This document shows, piece by piece, positions 55,286 to 64,000 of a stretch of 64,000 nucleotides of DNA. Source of the stretch: Candidatus Schekmanbacteria bacterium. Its GTDB lineage: Bacteria; CSSED10-310; JACPHN01. Numbering within the stretch: position 1 is the first letter of the stretch; the number at the start of each line of letters is the position of its first letter. The DNA is taken from the NCBI GenBank assembly GCA_016188575.1, contig JACPHN010000268.1, positions 916 through 64,915 of the forward strand. The letters run 5' to 3'. The notes beneath the pieces are model-generated. The model made no database searches. It saw only the letters and a list, made by a program, of their open reading frames with translations, and had not been told where the DNA came from. A program made the translations under genes and the position numbers.

Positions 55286-56685
55286 TGACAGCAGATCGCA
55301 TCGTTGAATGTCTGACCAAGGGGCTGGAGCTCCACGAAAACGGTGACCGCGACGGCGCAGCGCAAGCCTTTGCGGCGATTCTCGAGATGGACCCGCGCTA
55401 CGAGCCGGCGCGCCGCTACTTGCGGCTGTTGAGCAAGGTCCCGCCGGGTGGTGACGGCCAGGTCGAGGTCGATAGCGACGAGCGCGCGGCGCCGGCGGCC
55501 CCTCCCGGGCGCCATTTTCGAGGCGGCGACAAGCCGCGAGGCGAAATCGCAGGGTCACCGGCCGTCGCCGTATGGCCAGTAGGCGGTGGACCGGATCGCG
55601 CGACGCGCGCACGGGCGCGCAGCCACGAGCTGGAGCCGGAGAATGCGGATGAGCGACCCCTGACATGGTGGCAAGCGCTGGCGAATCCGACCCGAGCGAC
55701 GCTGTACGTGTACCTCTGGGGAGGCGTGCTCGTCGTCTGCGTCATCATGGTTGTCACCGCCATCTCCACCCGGTTCGCGACTACGCTCAGCACCACCGTC
55801 GGTGAGCTCGGCGAAGTGGTTACCGCAGGCTCGGAAGCCGAGCGCGTCACGGCAATCGTCGTCTACGCGACCAAAGACGAGCCCGCGCGGGCGCAGGAAG
55901 TGGTGAGCTCGCTGGATGGTGGAGCGACCAAGGCGCTGGCGGAGCGATACCTGGCTGCGGAAAAGAAGGCCATGGACGCCGAGGACCGGCTGCTGCTGCG
56001 CCTGCTCGCCGGGCCGCGGCGAAGCACGCAGGCCGACACGCCCCAGCAGATGGCCGCCCACGGGGCGGCGCCGGCCGACAAAGAGGGTGGCCTGGAGCGG
56101 GTCGCAGCGGCCCTGGAGGCTACCTCCGTAGGCCACTATGTGGATGCGATCCCCGAGCTGCTTGGCCTGGGGAAGGCGCCGTACGCGGCGGAGCTCCCGG
56201 ACCTGGACTTTCACCTCGGGGTGGCGATGCTCGGGGCAGGAAGGCAAGATGACGCCGCGCCGTTACTGCAGGCGGCCATCGCGAGCGACATTCACGCCCG
56301 GCGCGCCCGGCGCCTCGCGGCCGCCACGGCGCTCGAACGGCACGATCTGGCCGCCGCACTCTCGCTCAGCAATGAGCTTCTTGAAGCGCCTGCGGACGCT
56401 GCCGAGAAAGCTCTGCTCAACTATTTGAAGGGGGTCGTCATGATGGAAGGTGGCAATGCCGAGACGGCGCTGCCGCTTCTCAAAGCGGCCCAGACCGGAG
56501 CACTGGCCGAGAACGCGGGACTGGCGGCCGCGATTGCGCGTGCCTATGAAGTCAGCGGCAGGCTCGAGGACGCCCGCACCGCCTACCTGCGCGCCACGCG
56601 ATTGGACCCGGGAAACGAAACCGTGCGACAGGCGATCGTCACCCTTGACCGCCAGCTCGGGCTGTCGCCGGGGAAGTCGCGGTAG
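55285..56685 (+). CDS. TPR-repeat protein with one TM helix
   Basis: TPR-like Ala-rich helical repeats at the N-terminus (…AQAFAAILEMDPRYEPARRYL…) and C-terminus (…ARAYEVSGRLEDARTAYLRATRLDPGNE…). TM helix …ATLYVYLWGGVLVVCVIMVVTAI…. Start is ambiguous (GTG 55285 with GGGGAGG, or TTG 55264), and both lie inside the IS right-end hairpin. Confidence 0.65.
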   Translation: MTADRIVECLTKGLELHENGDRDGAAQAFAAILEMDPRYEPARRYLRLLSKVPPGGDGQVEVDSDERAAPAAPPGRHFRGGDKPRGEIAGSPAVAVWPVGGGPDRATRARARSHELEPENADERPLTWWQALANPTRATLYVYLWGGVLVVCVIMVVTAISTRFATTLSTTVGELGEVVTAGSEAERVTAIVVYATKDEPARAQEVVSSLDGGATKALAERYLAAEKKAMDAEDRLLLRLLAGPRRSTQADTPQQMAAHGAAPADKEGGLERVAAALEATSVGHYVDAIPELLGLGKAPYAAELPDLDFHLGVAMLGAGRQDDAAPLLQAAIASDIHARRARRLAAATALERHDLAAALSLSNELLEAPADAAEKALLNYLKGVVMMEGGNAETALPLLKAAQTGALAENAGLAAAIARAYEVSGRLEDARTAYLRATRLDPGNETVRQAIVTLDRQLGLSPGKSR

Positions 56686-56700
56686 GCGAGCACGCCGCCG

Positions 56701-57693
56701 ATGAGCGAGCTGCGCCACGATCCGATCTCCCAGCGCTGGGTCATCATCGCTCCAGCGCGCGCCAGCCGGCCGACAGACTTCGGCGGCACGTCGTCGAGCC
56801 GACCGCGCGCTCCGCGCTGCCCGTTCTGCCCGGGGAACGAGGATGATACGCCGCCGCCCGTCGCCGTGACCGGCCCCGAGATGCAGGGAGAGAGCCCGCA
56901 CGCGCCGTGGCTCGTTCGCGTGGTTCCCAACAAGTACCCTGCCGTCGGACCTGAAATCTCGGCGCGTTTTTCCGCCGGACCTCGCCCAGCCCTGCCTGCC
57001 CAGGGAATCCACGAGGTCATTGTGGAAACACCGTTGCACGATCGTCCGCTCACGATGATGTCCGACCCGGAGGTCACGGCAGTCGCCATGGCCTATCGCT
57101 CGCGCGTCGCCGACGCGGCGAGCGCACCGTTCGCGCGGTCCGTCATGCTCTTCAAGAACCACGGCGCCGATGCCGGAGCTTCGCTCGCGCATCCGCACGC
57201 CCAGCTCATCTCGCTGCCGATCGTCCCGGAGCTGCTGGCGACCGAGCTGCGCGGCACGGCTGCCTATCACGCGGCAAACGGCGTATGCCCGTACTGCGCC
57301 GCGGCCGCAGCGAGCCCGGATCTACTGGTCGCCGAAAACGAGCTCTTCCTGGCCTATTGCCCCTGGGTATCGCGCGTGCCCTACGAGGTCTGGCTGCAGC
57401 CCCGCCGGCACGATCCCGACTTTGCCGCCATGACCGAGCACGAGCCGGCAGCGCTCGGCCGACTGCTGCGGGACGTGCTGATTCGCATCGGGAGCGCGCT
57501 ACAGACGCCGGCCTATAACTACTTTCTGCATACGGCACCGGTACACGGCCAAGCCCACCCCACCTACCACTGGCATCTGGAGATCCTGCCGCGGCTTTGT
57601 CGTTTCGCCGGCTTTGAATGGGGCAGCGGGTTTTCGATGAACCACGTGCCGCCGGAGCTTGCCGCGGAGCGGCTGCGCGCGGTCTCGACATGA
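56701..57693 (+). CDS. galT: Galactose-1-phosphate uridylyltransferase-family (GalT, HIT-superfamily) nucleotidyltransferase
   Basis: …CPFCPGNE… (zinc-binding CxxC), …HPHAQLI… (HxH active-site motif), second half-domain …HWHLEILPR…. 330 aa. Confidence 0.75.
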   Translation: MSELRHDPISQRWVIIAPARASRPTDFGGTSSSRPRAPRCPFCPGNEDDTPPPVAVTGPEMQGESPHAPWLVRVVPNKYPAVGPEISARFSAGPRPALPAQGIHEVIVETPLHDRPLTMMSDPEVTAVAMAYRSRVADAASAPFARSVMLFKNHGADAGASLAHPHAQLISLPIVPELLATELRGTAAYHAANGVCPYCAAAAASPDLLVAENELFLAYCPWVSRVPYEVWLQPRRHDPDFAAMTEHEPAALGRLLRDVLIRIGSALQTPAYNYFLHTAPVHGQAHPTYHWHLEILPRLCRFAGFEWGSGFSMNHVPPELAAERLRAVST

Positions 57694-58571
57694 TCCGCGG
57701 TGACGAGCCGCCGCCGCGGGCGTGCCCCAACTGCGGCCACGAGAACGATCGCGCGGACCTCTATTGCCAGCTTTGTCATGAGGTCCTCGGGCCGGAGCGG
57801 CGGCCGGGGACCGCGCCGCCGTGGGGCACCATCACCGTCGGCGCTGGTGCCGGCAACCCGGCGCTGCCGGTCCACCGCGCTGGGGAGCGGGTGGAGAACT
57901 ATTCGCGAGCGCCGCGCCGCGACCACGCGGATGCGGCACGACCGCGGTACAGCAAGACCATCCTGTCGGCGTTTTTCGTCATCGGCGTCGCCAGCGTGGC
58001 ATCGCTGTTCCTTTTCATGGCGCGCCGGCATTCCGCCACTGCCGACCGCGCCGGCTCCCGCGAGCTCGCCATCGCCGCGCTCGGCATCAAGGCCGTGTCG
58101 CCGCCGGGCGGCGACTACTATGTAATCGATCGGCGGGACATCGCTGAAACTGCCGCTCCCCGCGTCCCCGCGGACCGATTTTTCGTCGGCCTGATCGGCA
58201 AGCGCGGGGCGGGCGGCGCGCTCATGCTGTTTTCCTATGATCGCGGCGCGGCCTCGCGCGCGCCGGAGGACATGCTCTCGCAGCTCAGGGCCACGGTCAT
58301 CAGCGCCAGCTTCTCCACCTTCATAGCCGCGGATCCCGCACCCATGCGTCTGGGCGATGCGGTCGCCGCCTGGTCGAGCAGTTGGCGGGGCGAGACGCGC
58401 GAGGAAGGTGCCGCCGGCCGTGGGCGGCTCAACGTGGTGGGCCGGGTCTTGTGGATTCCGCGCGCGAATGGCGCGGCCGCCGTCGTCGTCTATACGGTGG
58501 CGGGGGCGCCCGAGGCGGTCGCGCGCGAGCTCGATGGCTTCCTCGCACTGCTCGCGTTCACGGGGGAATAG
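57690..58571 (+). CDS. Membrane protein with N-terminal zinc ribbon and one TM helix, function unknown
   Basis: ATGA overlap with galT. …CPNCGHENDRADLYCQLCH…, then TM …ILSAFFVIGVASVASLFLFMA…, then a ~190-aa extracytoplasmic domain. Confidence 0.5.
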   Translation: MIRGDEPPPRACPNCGHENDRADLYCQLCHEVLGPERRPGTAPPWGTITVGAGAGNPALPVHRAGERVENYSRAPRRDHADAARPRYSKTILSAFFVIGVASVASLFLFMARRHSATADRAGSRELAIAALGIKAVSPPGGDYYVIDRRDIAETAAPRVPADRFFVGLIGKRGAGGALMLFSYDRGAASRAPEDMLSQLRATVISASFSTFIAADPAPMRLGDAVAAWSSSWRGETREEGAAGRGRLNVVGRVLWIPRANGAAAVVVYTVAGAPEAVARELDGFLALLAFTGE

Positions 58572-58658
58572 CCGCGCTGCCGGGCGCGATCCGCATTGCC
58601 GAGACCCGCTACCTACCGCCCCGGCGGCTCAACACCCCGGCGACCCGGCGCAGCGGAG

Positions 58659-58687
58659 TTGACTTCGCGGGGGCTCGGCCGTAGCGT
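58659..58687 (+). promoter_or_regulatory. Candidate sigma-70 promoter upstream of the Liv-type ABC transporter genes
   Basis: TTGACT (58659-58664), 17-bp spacer, TAGCGT (58682-58687). ~60 nt upstream of the SBP ATG. Confidence 0.3.
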
Positions 58688-58748
58688 CGAACAGGCGGGC
58701 GCCGGTGCGCGGCGACGCCGCGAATACCACTGTCGCCGGGGGACACAG

Positions 58749-60032
58749 ATGAGAACAGGGTTTCGGCCATCAGTCGGGCTCGCACTTGCCGCTCTCGTCC
58801 TGGCCTGTCCGTCATGCTCGAGCAAGCCGGCGGAGGCACCCGGTGAACGGAGCGAGAGCAGCTCCCCGCCGTCGAACGCCCCCACAGTGGTCGTGGGCTA
58901 CACCGCCTCGGCAAGCGGCAAGCTCAACGTCGAATCGATCCGCCAAAGAAACGGCCTCGAGCTCTGGCGGGAGCACGTCAACGCGACTGGCGCGTGGCGC
59001 GTCGAAACCCGCTGGTACGACGACGAGTCGCGCAGCGATCGCATCCAGGAGCTGTACACCCGCCTCGCCACGAACGACCACGCGAACTTTCTGATCAGCC
59101 CCTATTCGAGCGGCCTGACCGCGGCCGCTGCGGTGATCTCCGAGCAGTACGGAATCCCCATGATCAGCACCGGCGCTGCCTCGGACAGCACCTATCAGCA
59201 AGGATTGACCATGGTGTACCAGGTCTACACGCCCGCCAGCCAGTACTTGACCGGCGCCCTTGACCTGCTCGCTGCGCGCCTGCCGGATCTCAAGAAGCTC
59301 GCAATCCTGCATGAAGCGGATCGGTTTTCCAGCGACGTCGCCGCGGCGGTCAAGGCCCGGGCGGAGGCCTCCGGATATGCCGTCGTCCTGGACGAGGGGT
59401 ACGACTCGGCGACGACCGACTTCTCGCCGTTCATCAACAAGATCCAACAGGCGCGGCCGGACGCGGTTGTTGGCGGTGGCCATTTTCAGGACGGTAGCGC
59501 GCTGGCGCGGCAGCTCGCGGACAAACGCGTCGCCGTCCCGTTTGTCGCCTTGCTCGTGGCGCCGCCGGAGCCGAGCTTTGCGGAGCTTGGGAGCGCGGCC
59601 ATCGGCATCGTTGGGCCGAGCCAGTGGGAGCCGCAGGCGGCTTATGACGCCGCGGCGGCGCAGGCCGCCGGTACGCGTTGGGTTGGGCCGACCGGAGCAG
59701 AGTTTGCGCACGCCTATCTCCAGGCGTTCGGTGAGCAACCCTCCTATCACGCCGCGGGCGGATACGCGGCCGGGCTCGTGCTGCAGGACGCCTTGCAGCG
59801 CGCCGGCAGCGGCGAGGCGACGGCGTTGAAAACAGCGCTCGACGCCACCGACATCATGACGTTTTTTGGGCGAACCACCTTCGCTACTGCGCCGGAGTCG
59901 CACGGGCTGCAGGTCGGTCACCTCATGGTCTACGTACAATGGCAGCAGGGCGCCGGCGGCAAACCGGTCAAGCGTGTCGTGTGGCCCGCGGCGGCGGCGA
60001 GCGCCGAGCTGGCGGCGCGCCCCACCCCGTGA
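58749..60032 (+). CDS. Branched-chain-amino-acid-type (HAAT family) ABC transporter substrate-binding lipoprotein
   Basis: MRTGFRPSVGLALAALVLAC|PSCSS… (lipobox LAC) followed by a type-I periplasmic binding fold (Peripla_BP_6-like) of 427 aa. The 51 upstream ORF codons are rejected. Confidence 0.8.
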   Translation: MRTGFRPSVGLALAALVLACPSCSSKPAEAPGERSESSSPPSNAPTVVVGYTASASGKLNVESIRQRNGLELWREHVNATGAWRVETRWYDDESRSDRIQELYTRLATNDHANFLISPYSSGLTAAAAVISEQYGIPMISTGAASDSTYQQGLTMVYQVYTPASQYLTGALDLLAARLPDLKKLAILHEADRFSSDVAAAVKARAEASGYAVVLDEGYDSATTDFSPFINKIQQARPDAVVGGGHFQDGSALARQLADKRVAVPFVALLVAPPEPSFAELGSAAIGIVGPSQWEPQAAYDAAAAQAAGTRWVGPTGAEFAHAYLQAFGEQPSYHAAGGYAAGLVLQDALQRAGSGEATALKTALDATDIMTFFGRTTFATAPESHGLQVGHLMVYVQWQQGAGGKPVKRVVWPAAAASAELAARPTP

Positions 60033-60042
60033 GGAGCCGGTG

Positions 60043-60906
60043 GTGTGGAGCGAAACGCTGCTCGCCTCGACGGTTGACGGCCTGCTGATCGGCGTCGTCT
60101 ACGGTCTGGCGGCGCTCGGCCTGACGCTGATCTTCGGCGTCATGAACGTCGTCAACCTGGCGCACGGTCCAACCATGACCCTGGGCATGTTCGGCATCTA
60201 CCTGAGCGCCACCAAGCTCGGCCTGCATCCGTTCGCGGGTCTGGTCCTCGTTGCGGCGGGCGGTTTACTGCTTGGCGTCGGCATCTATGTCGTCGCGGTC
60301 AAGCGCGTGATCGATGCTCCGCATCTGGCGAGCCTGCTGGCCACGTTTTCGGTCAATCTGATGATCGTGGGCGTCGCCACCGCGATCTTCTCCACGTCCT
60401 TCCGCAACCTGAGCCACGATCTCGGCGTGCTACGCGCCGGGCCGATCGCCGTCCCGGGGACCCGAGTCGCGGCCGCACTGTTGGCGGTGGCGGTCGCCGC
60501 GGCGCTGCAGGTCTTCCTGACGCGCACCCGCCTGGGCAAATACGTGCGCGCCGTGGCGGCCAACCGCGCCGCCGCCGAGCTGGTCGGGATCCCGTCCGCT
60601 CGGGTCCTGGCGCTGAGCTTCGGGATCGGCACGATGCTCGCGGCTACGGCCGGCGGGCTGATCGCGTTGTCCCTGCCATTCACGGTGCTGTCGGGCGGTG
60701 TCTATGAGCTCAAGAGCTTCGTCATCGTGGTGCTGGGCGGCCTCGGCAATCCGTTGGGCGCGCTCGTCGGAGGAGTCGTGCTCGGGCTCATCGAGGGCAT
60801 CGTCCCCGTATTCGCGCGTGCCACATGGGTGCCGGTGCTCGAATACGGGCTATTCGTCCTGATCCTCCTGGTCCGGCCCAGCGGCCTCTTGGGGGGAGGT
60901 CGCTGA
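60043..60906 (+). CDS. livH: HAAT-family ABC transporter permease (LivH-like)
   Basis: GTG start with GAGGAG 6 nt upstream. 287 aa, ~8 TM helices, …LIFGVMNVVNLAHGP… typical of LivH. Confidence 0.8.
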   Translation: MWSETLLASTVDGLLIGVVYGLAALGLTLIFGVMNVVNLAHGPTMTLGMFGIYLSATKLGLHPFAGLVLVAAGGLLLGVGIYVVAVKRVIDAPHLASLLATFSVNLMIVGVATAIFSTSFRNLSHDLGVLRAGPIAVPGTRVAAALLAVAVAAALQVFLTRTRLGKYVRAVAANRAAAELVGIPSARVLALSFGIGTMLAATAGGLIALSLPFTVLSGGVYELKSFVIVVLGGLGNPLGALVGGVVLGLIEGIVPVFARATWVPVLEYGLFVLILLVRPSGLLGGGR

Positions 60907-61895
60907 TGGGCACGCAGCGGCGGCACGCGCCGACTGTGGTCGCGGCCTCGCTGCTCGTGCTGTCGGCGGCCCTCCCCGCGCTGGCGGGCAGCGCCAGCAT
61001 GCGCGAAACGATGTTTTCGGTGCTGCTGGCCATCGGCCTGGCAGCGAGCCTCAATATCCTGCTCGGCTATTGCGGGTATGCCAGCTTTGGCCACGTCGTG
61101 TTCTTTGGCATCGGCGGCTACGCCGGCTTCTACCTGGTTGCGGTGCAGGGGGCGCACCTGGCGACCGCGATTGCCGGCGGCGGGCTGGTGGCCGGAGCGT
61201 TTGCCGCCGGTCTGGGGGCGGCCATCCTGCGGCTGCGCGGGCCACACTTCGCGCTCGCCACGATCGGCGTGAACGAGGCCGTCAAGGCGCTGATCGTCAA
61301 TATCGAGCCGCTTGGCGGTCCGACCGGCATGAATCTGAACGTGAGCGTCTTTCGCGCCTATGGCGGCGCTGCCGGCATGCTTTGGGCCGCGTACGGCACC
61401 GCCGCGGCGATCGCCGTCGGTGCCGTGGTGTTGGGAGGCCTCGTGCGCACCTCGCGGTTCGGCCTCGGCCTGCTGGTGATCCGGGAGGACGAAGATGCCG
61501 CGGCGGTGCTCGGAGTGGTCGCCTGGCGATACAAGGTGGGGGCCTACGTGTTGTCGGCGGTTTTTCCGGGGATGCTGGGCGCTCTGTTCTTCTTCAAGCA
61601 GGGGGTGATCGAGCCGGCAGGTGCTTTTCGCCTGGACCTTTCGGTCGAGCTCCTCGTCATGGTGATGCTCGGGGGCGCGGGAACCGTGCTCGGACCCCTC
61701 GTGGGCGCCGGAAGCTACCAACTGCTGCGGTCAGGGCTGCTGACGAGCGACCTGGAGGTCCTGGGGGTGCGCATTCGTGACGTGCAGCTCGCCGTGGCGG
61801 GAGCACTGCTGCTCCTGGTGGTGCAGCTCGTGCCTGCCGGGCTCGTGGGGTGGGCGCGCGGTCGCTGGCTGGCATTGCGGAGCCGACCGGCATGA
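60906..61895 (+). CDS. livM: HAAT-family ABC transporter permease (LivM-like)
   Basis: ATGA overlap with livH. …LLGYCGYASFGHVVFFGIGGY… typical of LivM. 329 aa. Confidence 0.8.
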   Translation: MGTQRRHAPTVVAASLLVLSAALPALAGSASMRETMFSVLLAIGLAASLNILLGYCGYASFGHVVFFGIGGYAGFYLVAVQGAHLATAIAGGGLVAGAFAAGLGAAILRLRGPHFALATIGVNEAVKALIVNIEPLGGPTGMNLNVSVFRAYGGAAGMLWAAYGTAAAIAVGAVVLGGLVRTSRFGLGLLVIREDEDAAAVLGVVAWRYKVGAYVLSAVFPGMLGALFFFKQGVIEPAGAFRLDLSVELLVMVMLGGAGTVLGPLVGAGSYQLLRSGLLTSDLEVLGVRIRDVQLAVAGALLLLVVQLVPAGLVGWARGRWLALRSRPA

Positions 61896-62659
61896 TTCTG
61901 CATCTTCATCGCGTTACGAAGGCATTCGGCGGCCTCGTTGCCGTCCGCGACGTGACCTTCGCGGTGGCGCCGGGCCAGATCGCGGGGCTGATTGGGCCGA
62001 ACGGCGCCGGTAAGACCACGTTGTTCAACTGTATCAACGGGGTCGTGCCGATCACGGCGGGCCGTGTGGAGCTGGACGGCCGCGCGATTTCGGGATTGCC
62101 GCCGCACGCCGTCGCGCGGCTGGGACTGGCGCGGACGCACCAGATCGTACGGCCGCTCAAGGAGCTTACTGTCCGGGAAAACACGATCGCTGGCGCGTGT
62201 TTCGGGCGCGAGCGCCACGGGCTGAAGGCGGCGGCGCGCCTCGCCGACGAAGCGCTCGAGCGTCTGGAGCTTTCGTCGCTGGCGGCCGTCCCCGCTGGCA
62301 ACCTCACCATCGCCATGAAGAAGCGCCTGGAGCTCGCCCGCGCGCTGGCCGCACAACCGCGCCTGCTGCTGCTCGACGAGGTGCTCGCCGGCTTGAATGC
62401 GACCGAAGTCGGGCAGATGGTGCGGACCATCCGCTCCATTCGCGAGTCGGGGGTCACCATTGTGATGATCGAGCACATCATGCACGCGGTGATGGCGCTG
62501 TCGGATCGGGTCCTCGTGATCGACCGGGGGACGCTGATCGCCGACGGGGAGCCGAAGGCGGTGGCGCGGGATCCGGCCGTCATCGCGGCGTACTTGGGGA
62601 AGCCGAGCGAGCCAGCGGATGCGGATCAGGACGGCGTGTCGCCGGAAGCGCCGCGATGA
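61892..62659 (+). CDS. livG: HAAT-family ABC transporter ATP-binding protein (LivG-like)
   Basis: ATGA overlap. …[15 protein letters not shown]… (Walker A), …[11 protein letters not shown]… (Walker B), and an ABC signature region. Confidence 0.85.
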   Translation: MILHLHRVTKAFGGLVAVRDVTFAVAPGQIAGLIGPNGAGKTTLFNCINGVVPITAGRVELDGRAISGLPPHAVARLGLARTHQIVRPLKELTVRENTIAGACFGRERHGLKAAARLADEALERLELSSLAAVPAGNLTIAMKKRLELARALAAQPRLLLLDEVLAGLNATEVGQMVRTIRSIRESGVTIVMIEHIMHAVMALSDRVLVIDRGTLIADGEPKAVARDPAVIAAYLGKPSEPADADQDGVSPEAPR

Positions 62660-63417
62660 CGACCACGACGACGACAGCGGCGGCCCCGGCGGCACCCGCG
62701 GCGACGGCGGCGGTTTTGGAGGCGCACGAGGTGGAAACCGGCTACGGGGGGGTGCAGATTCTCTGGGGGATATCGATAGTGCTGGCGCCGGGCACGCTGA
62801 CCGCTCTGGTCGGGGCGAACGGCGGTGGCAAGACGACGCTGTTGCGGGCAATCGTCGGGCAGCTTCCCTTGTGGCGCGGCGCGGTGACCTTCGACGGGGC
62901 GGACCTCGGCCGGCTGCCGCCGCACGGGCGGGCGGCGCGGGGTCTCGTGCTCGTGCCGGAAGGCCGCCAGCTCTTCGCGACGATGACGGTTGCAGAGAAC
63001 CTCGAGCTGGGCGCCACGCCACGCCGTGCCCGAGCGGCGGCAAGGCGGAATCGCGAGCGCGTGCTCGAGCTCTTCCCGCGTCTCGGTGAGCGCCTGCGGC
63101 AGCGGGCGGGGAGTCTCAGCGGCGGCGAGCAGCAGATGCTGGCCGTGGCGCGCGGGATCATGGCCGATCCCCGCCTGCTCATCGTCGACGAGCTGTCCAT
63201 GGGGCTGGCGCCGCTGCTGGCGGCGTCGCTGTTTGCCGCGATGCGGCGATTGCGGGACGGCGGGTTATCGATTCTCCTTGTCGAGCAAAACGTTCAGCTC
63301 GCGCTCGCCGTGAGCGATGCCGCCATCGTGATGGAAAGCGGGCGGGTGGCACGGTCGGGTTCGGCGGCGGATCTCGCCGGCGACGACGGGGTGCGGAAGA
63401 GCTACCTCGGGGTGTAG
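62656..63417 (+). CDS. livF: HAAT-family ABC transporter ATP-binding protein (LivF-like)
   Basis: ATGA overlap. …ALVGANGGGKTTLLR… (Walker A), …LSGGEQQMLAVARGI… (ABC signature), …LLIVDELSMGL… (Walker B). Ala/Thr-rich N-terminal tail. Confidence 0.85.
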   Translation: MTTTTTTAAAPAAPAATAAVLEAHEVETGYGGVQILWGISIVLAPGTLTALVGANGGGKTTLLRAIVGQLPLWRGAVTFDGADLGRLPPHGRAARGLVLVPEGRQLFATMTVAENLELGATPRRARAAARRNRERVLELFPRLGERLRQRAGSLSGGEQQMLAVARGIMADPRLLIVDELSMGLAPLLAASLFAAMRRLRDGGLSILLVEQNVQLALAVSDAAIVMESGRVARSGSAADLAGDDGVRKSYLGV

Positions 63418-63436
63418 GGAGCGCGCGCAAAGCCCA

Positions 63437-64000
63437 TCACGAAGACCCCCCTCCGCTCCACCGGTGCTCCTGACGATCGGCCCATCGTATCGTGAGCCGG
63501 CGTAAGACACGTCTCGGGCGTAGAAACCGGAGCCCGAATATCCCGAGGAGCACCAGCAGGAGGGCAGCCCCGCTTGCCGGCACCGTGGAGCCCGGCTCGA
63601 GGTCCATCCAGGAAACGCCGGCCCCGTCGCTGCTCGCGTAGATCCGCGGCGGGGCGGATCGACCGATCGCCAGGAACCGTACGGTCCCGTAGACCAATCC
63701 TGCGCTGACTGCCGCCCAGGTCCCCCCGCCGTCCGTGGTCTTGAACACTCCGTTGGAGAAGGTGCCGGCATAGACCGTCTGCGGCGTCGTCGGATCGATC
63801 GCCACGTCGTAGACGGTGGTAGCGGTGAGTCCCGAGCTCACCGCCATCCACGTCGTCCCGCCGTCGGTGGTCTTGAACACGCCGTCGAAGGTGCCGGCAT
63901 AGACCGTCTGCGGCGTCGTCGGATCGAGCGCCAAGTCGTAGACGGTGGTAGCGGTGAGTCCGGAGCTCACCGCCGTCCACGTCGTCCCGCCGTCGGTGGT
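63437..64000 (-). CDS. BNR/Ycf48-like repeat protein (partial; N-terminus outside the window) with a PEP-CTERM-like C-terminal tail
   Basis: Tandem …TVYAGTF.GVFKTTDGG.TW.AVSSGL… repeats. The C-terminus reads …DLEPGSTVPASGAALLLVLLGIFGLRFLRPRR… (Pro/Glu-Pro motif, hydrophobic helix, Arg cluster), but continues 23 residues further, which is atypical for PEP-CTERM. Confidence 0.55.
   Translation of the reverse strand, partial: TTDGGTTWTAVSSGLTATTVYDLALDPTTPQTVYAGTFDGVFKTTDGGTTWMAVSSGLTATTVYDVAIDPTTPQTVYAGTFSNGVFKTTDGGGTWAAVSAGLVYGTVRFLAIGRSAPPRIYASSDGAGVSWMDLEPGSTVPASGAALLLVLLGIFGLRFLRPRRVLRRLTIRWADRQEHRWSGGGSS

Noticed and set aside
55074-55307. 77-codon ORF 4 nt after tnpA as a possible truncated tnpB
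   Set aside because: It lies within the predicted IS200 right-end region. The element length (~0.7 kb) matches tnpA-only IS200. Similarity to TnpB N-termini is vague. It is kept only as a note inside the IS finding, not as a gene.
63437-63560. Calling the BNR-protein tail a bona fide PEP-CTERM signal
   Set aside because: The motif is LEP rather than PEP, and the ORF extends 23 residues beyond the Arg cluster in all three frames (no nearby alternative stop). It is reported only as PEP-CTERM-like.
1-64000. Search for CRISPR arrays, rRNA and tRNA genes
   Set aside because: No run of regularly spaced direct repeats was seen. No intergenic region longer than ~460 bp exists, and none folds into a cloverleaf by eye. 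The palindromic repeats found are single or double units at scattered sites, not arrays.

Overview
This is a 64-kb, ~70% GC bacterial chromosomal segment. Almost all long antisense or out-of-frame ORFs in the six-frame track are GC-composition artefacts. Gene calls rest on reading the translations and checking start and stop codons locally.

- **140-22,250, minus strand, one ~22-kb exopolysaccharide (EPS) operon.** It encodes:
  - a short Wza-like export protein, an outer-membrane beta-barrel and a fused Wzz/BY-kinase;
  - a CoA-binding-domain sugar transferase and YvcK/GlmR-GlmS;
  - a UDP-amino-sugar dehydrogenase, a GT2, two FemAB-like GNATs and a DegT aminotransferase;
  - a NodB deacetylase, WecB, an O-antigen-ligase-like protein, a MOP flippase and a terminal AsnB-like amidotransferase.

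  Most genes are joined by ATGA overlaps. This gene content is what is described for exosortase/PEP-CTERM-associated EPS loci, although no exosortase lies in the window. The operon is preceded by a near-consensus sigma-54 promoter with two upstream palindromes. It is flanked by a receiver-less sigma-54 activator and a LuxR regulator with a degenerate receiver.
- **Middle of the window.**
  - A cytidylate-kinase-like/class-III cyclase gene pair.
  - A zinc-ribbon Ser/Thr kinase behind a ParA-like ATPase.
  - A lipid/acyl-CoA metabolism cluster.
  - A frk-sps-sus sucrose operon.
  - An SDR / epimerase / stand-alone E2-like acyltransferase operon.
- **Right side.** An orphan membrane-anchored GspE-family ATPase, an intact IS200-like element with matching end hairpins, and a TPR-GalT-Liv ABC operon. 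At the window edge is a partial BNR-repeat protein with a PEP-CTERM-like tail.
- **Dispersed repeat.** A GC-rich imperfect-palindromic repeat occurs four times. One copy sits in-frame inside the GT2 gene as a ~51-codon insertion.

No rRNA, tRNA or CRISPR was found.
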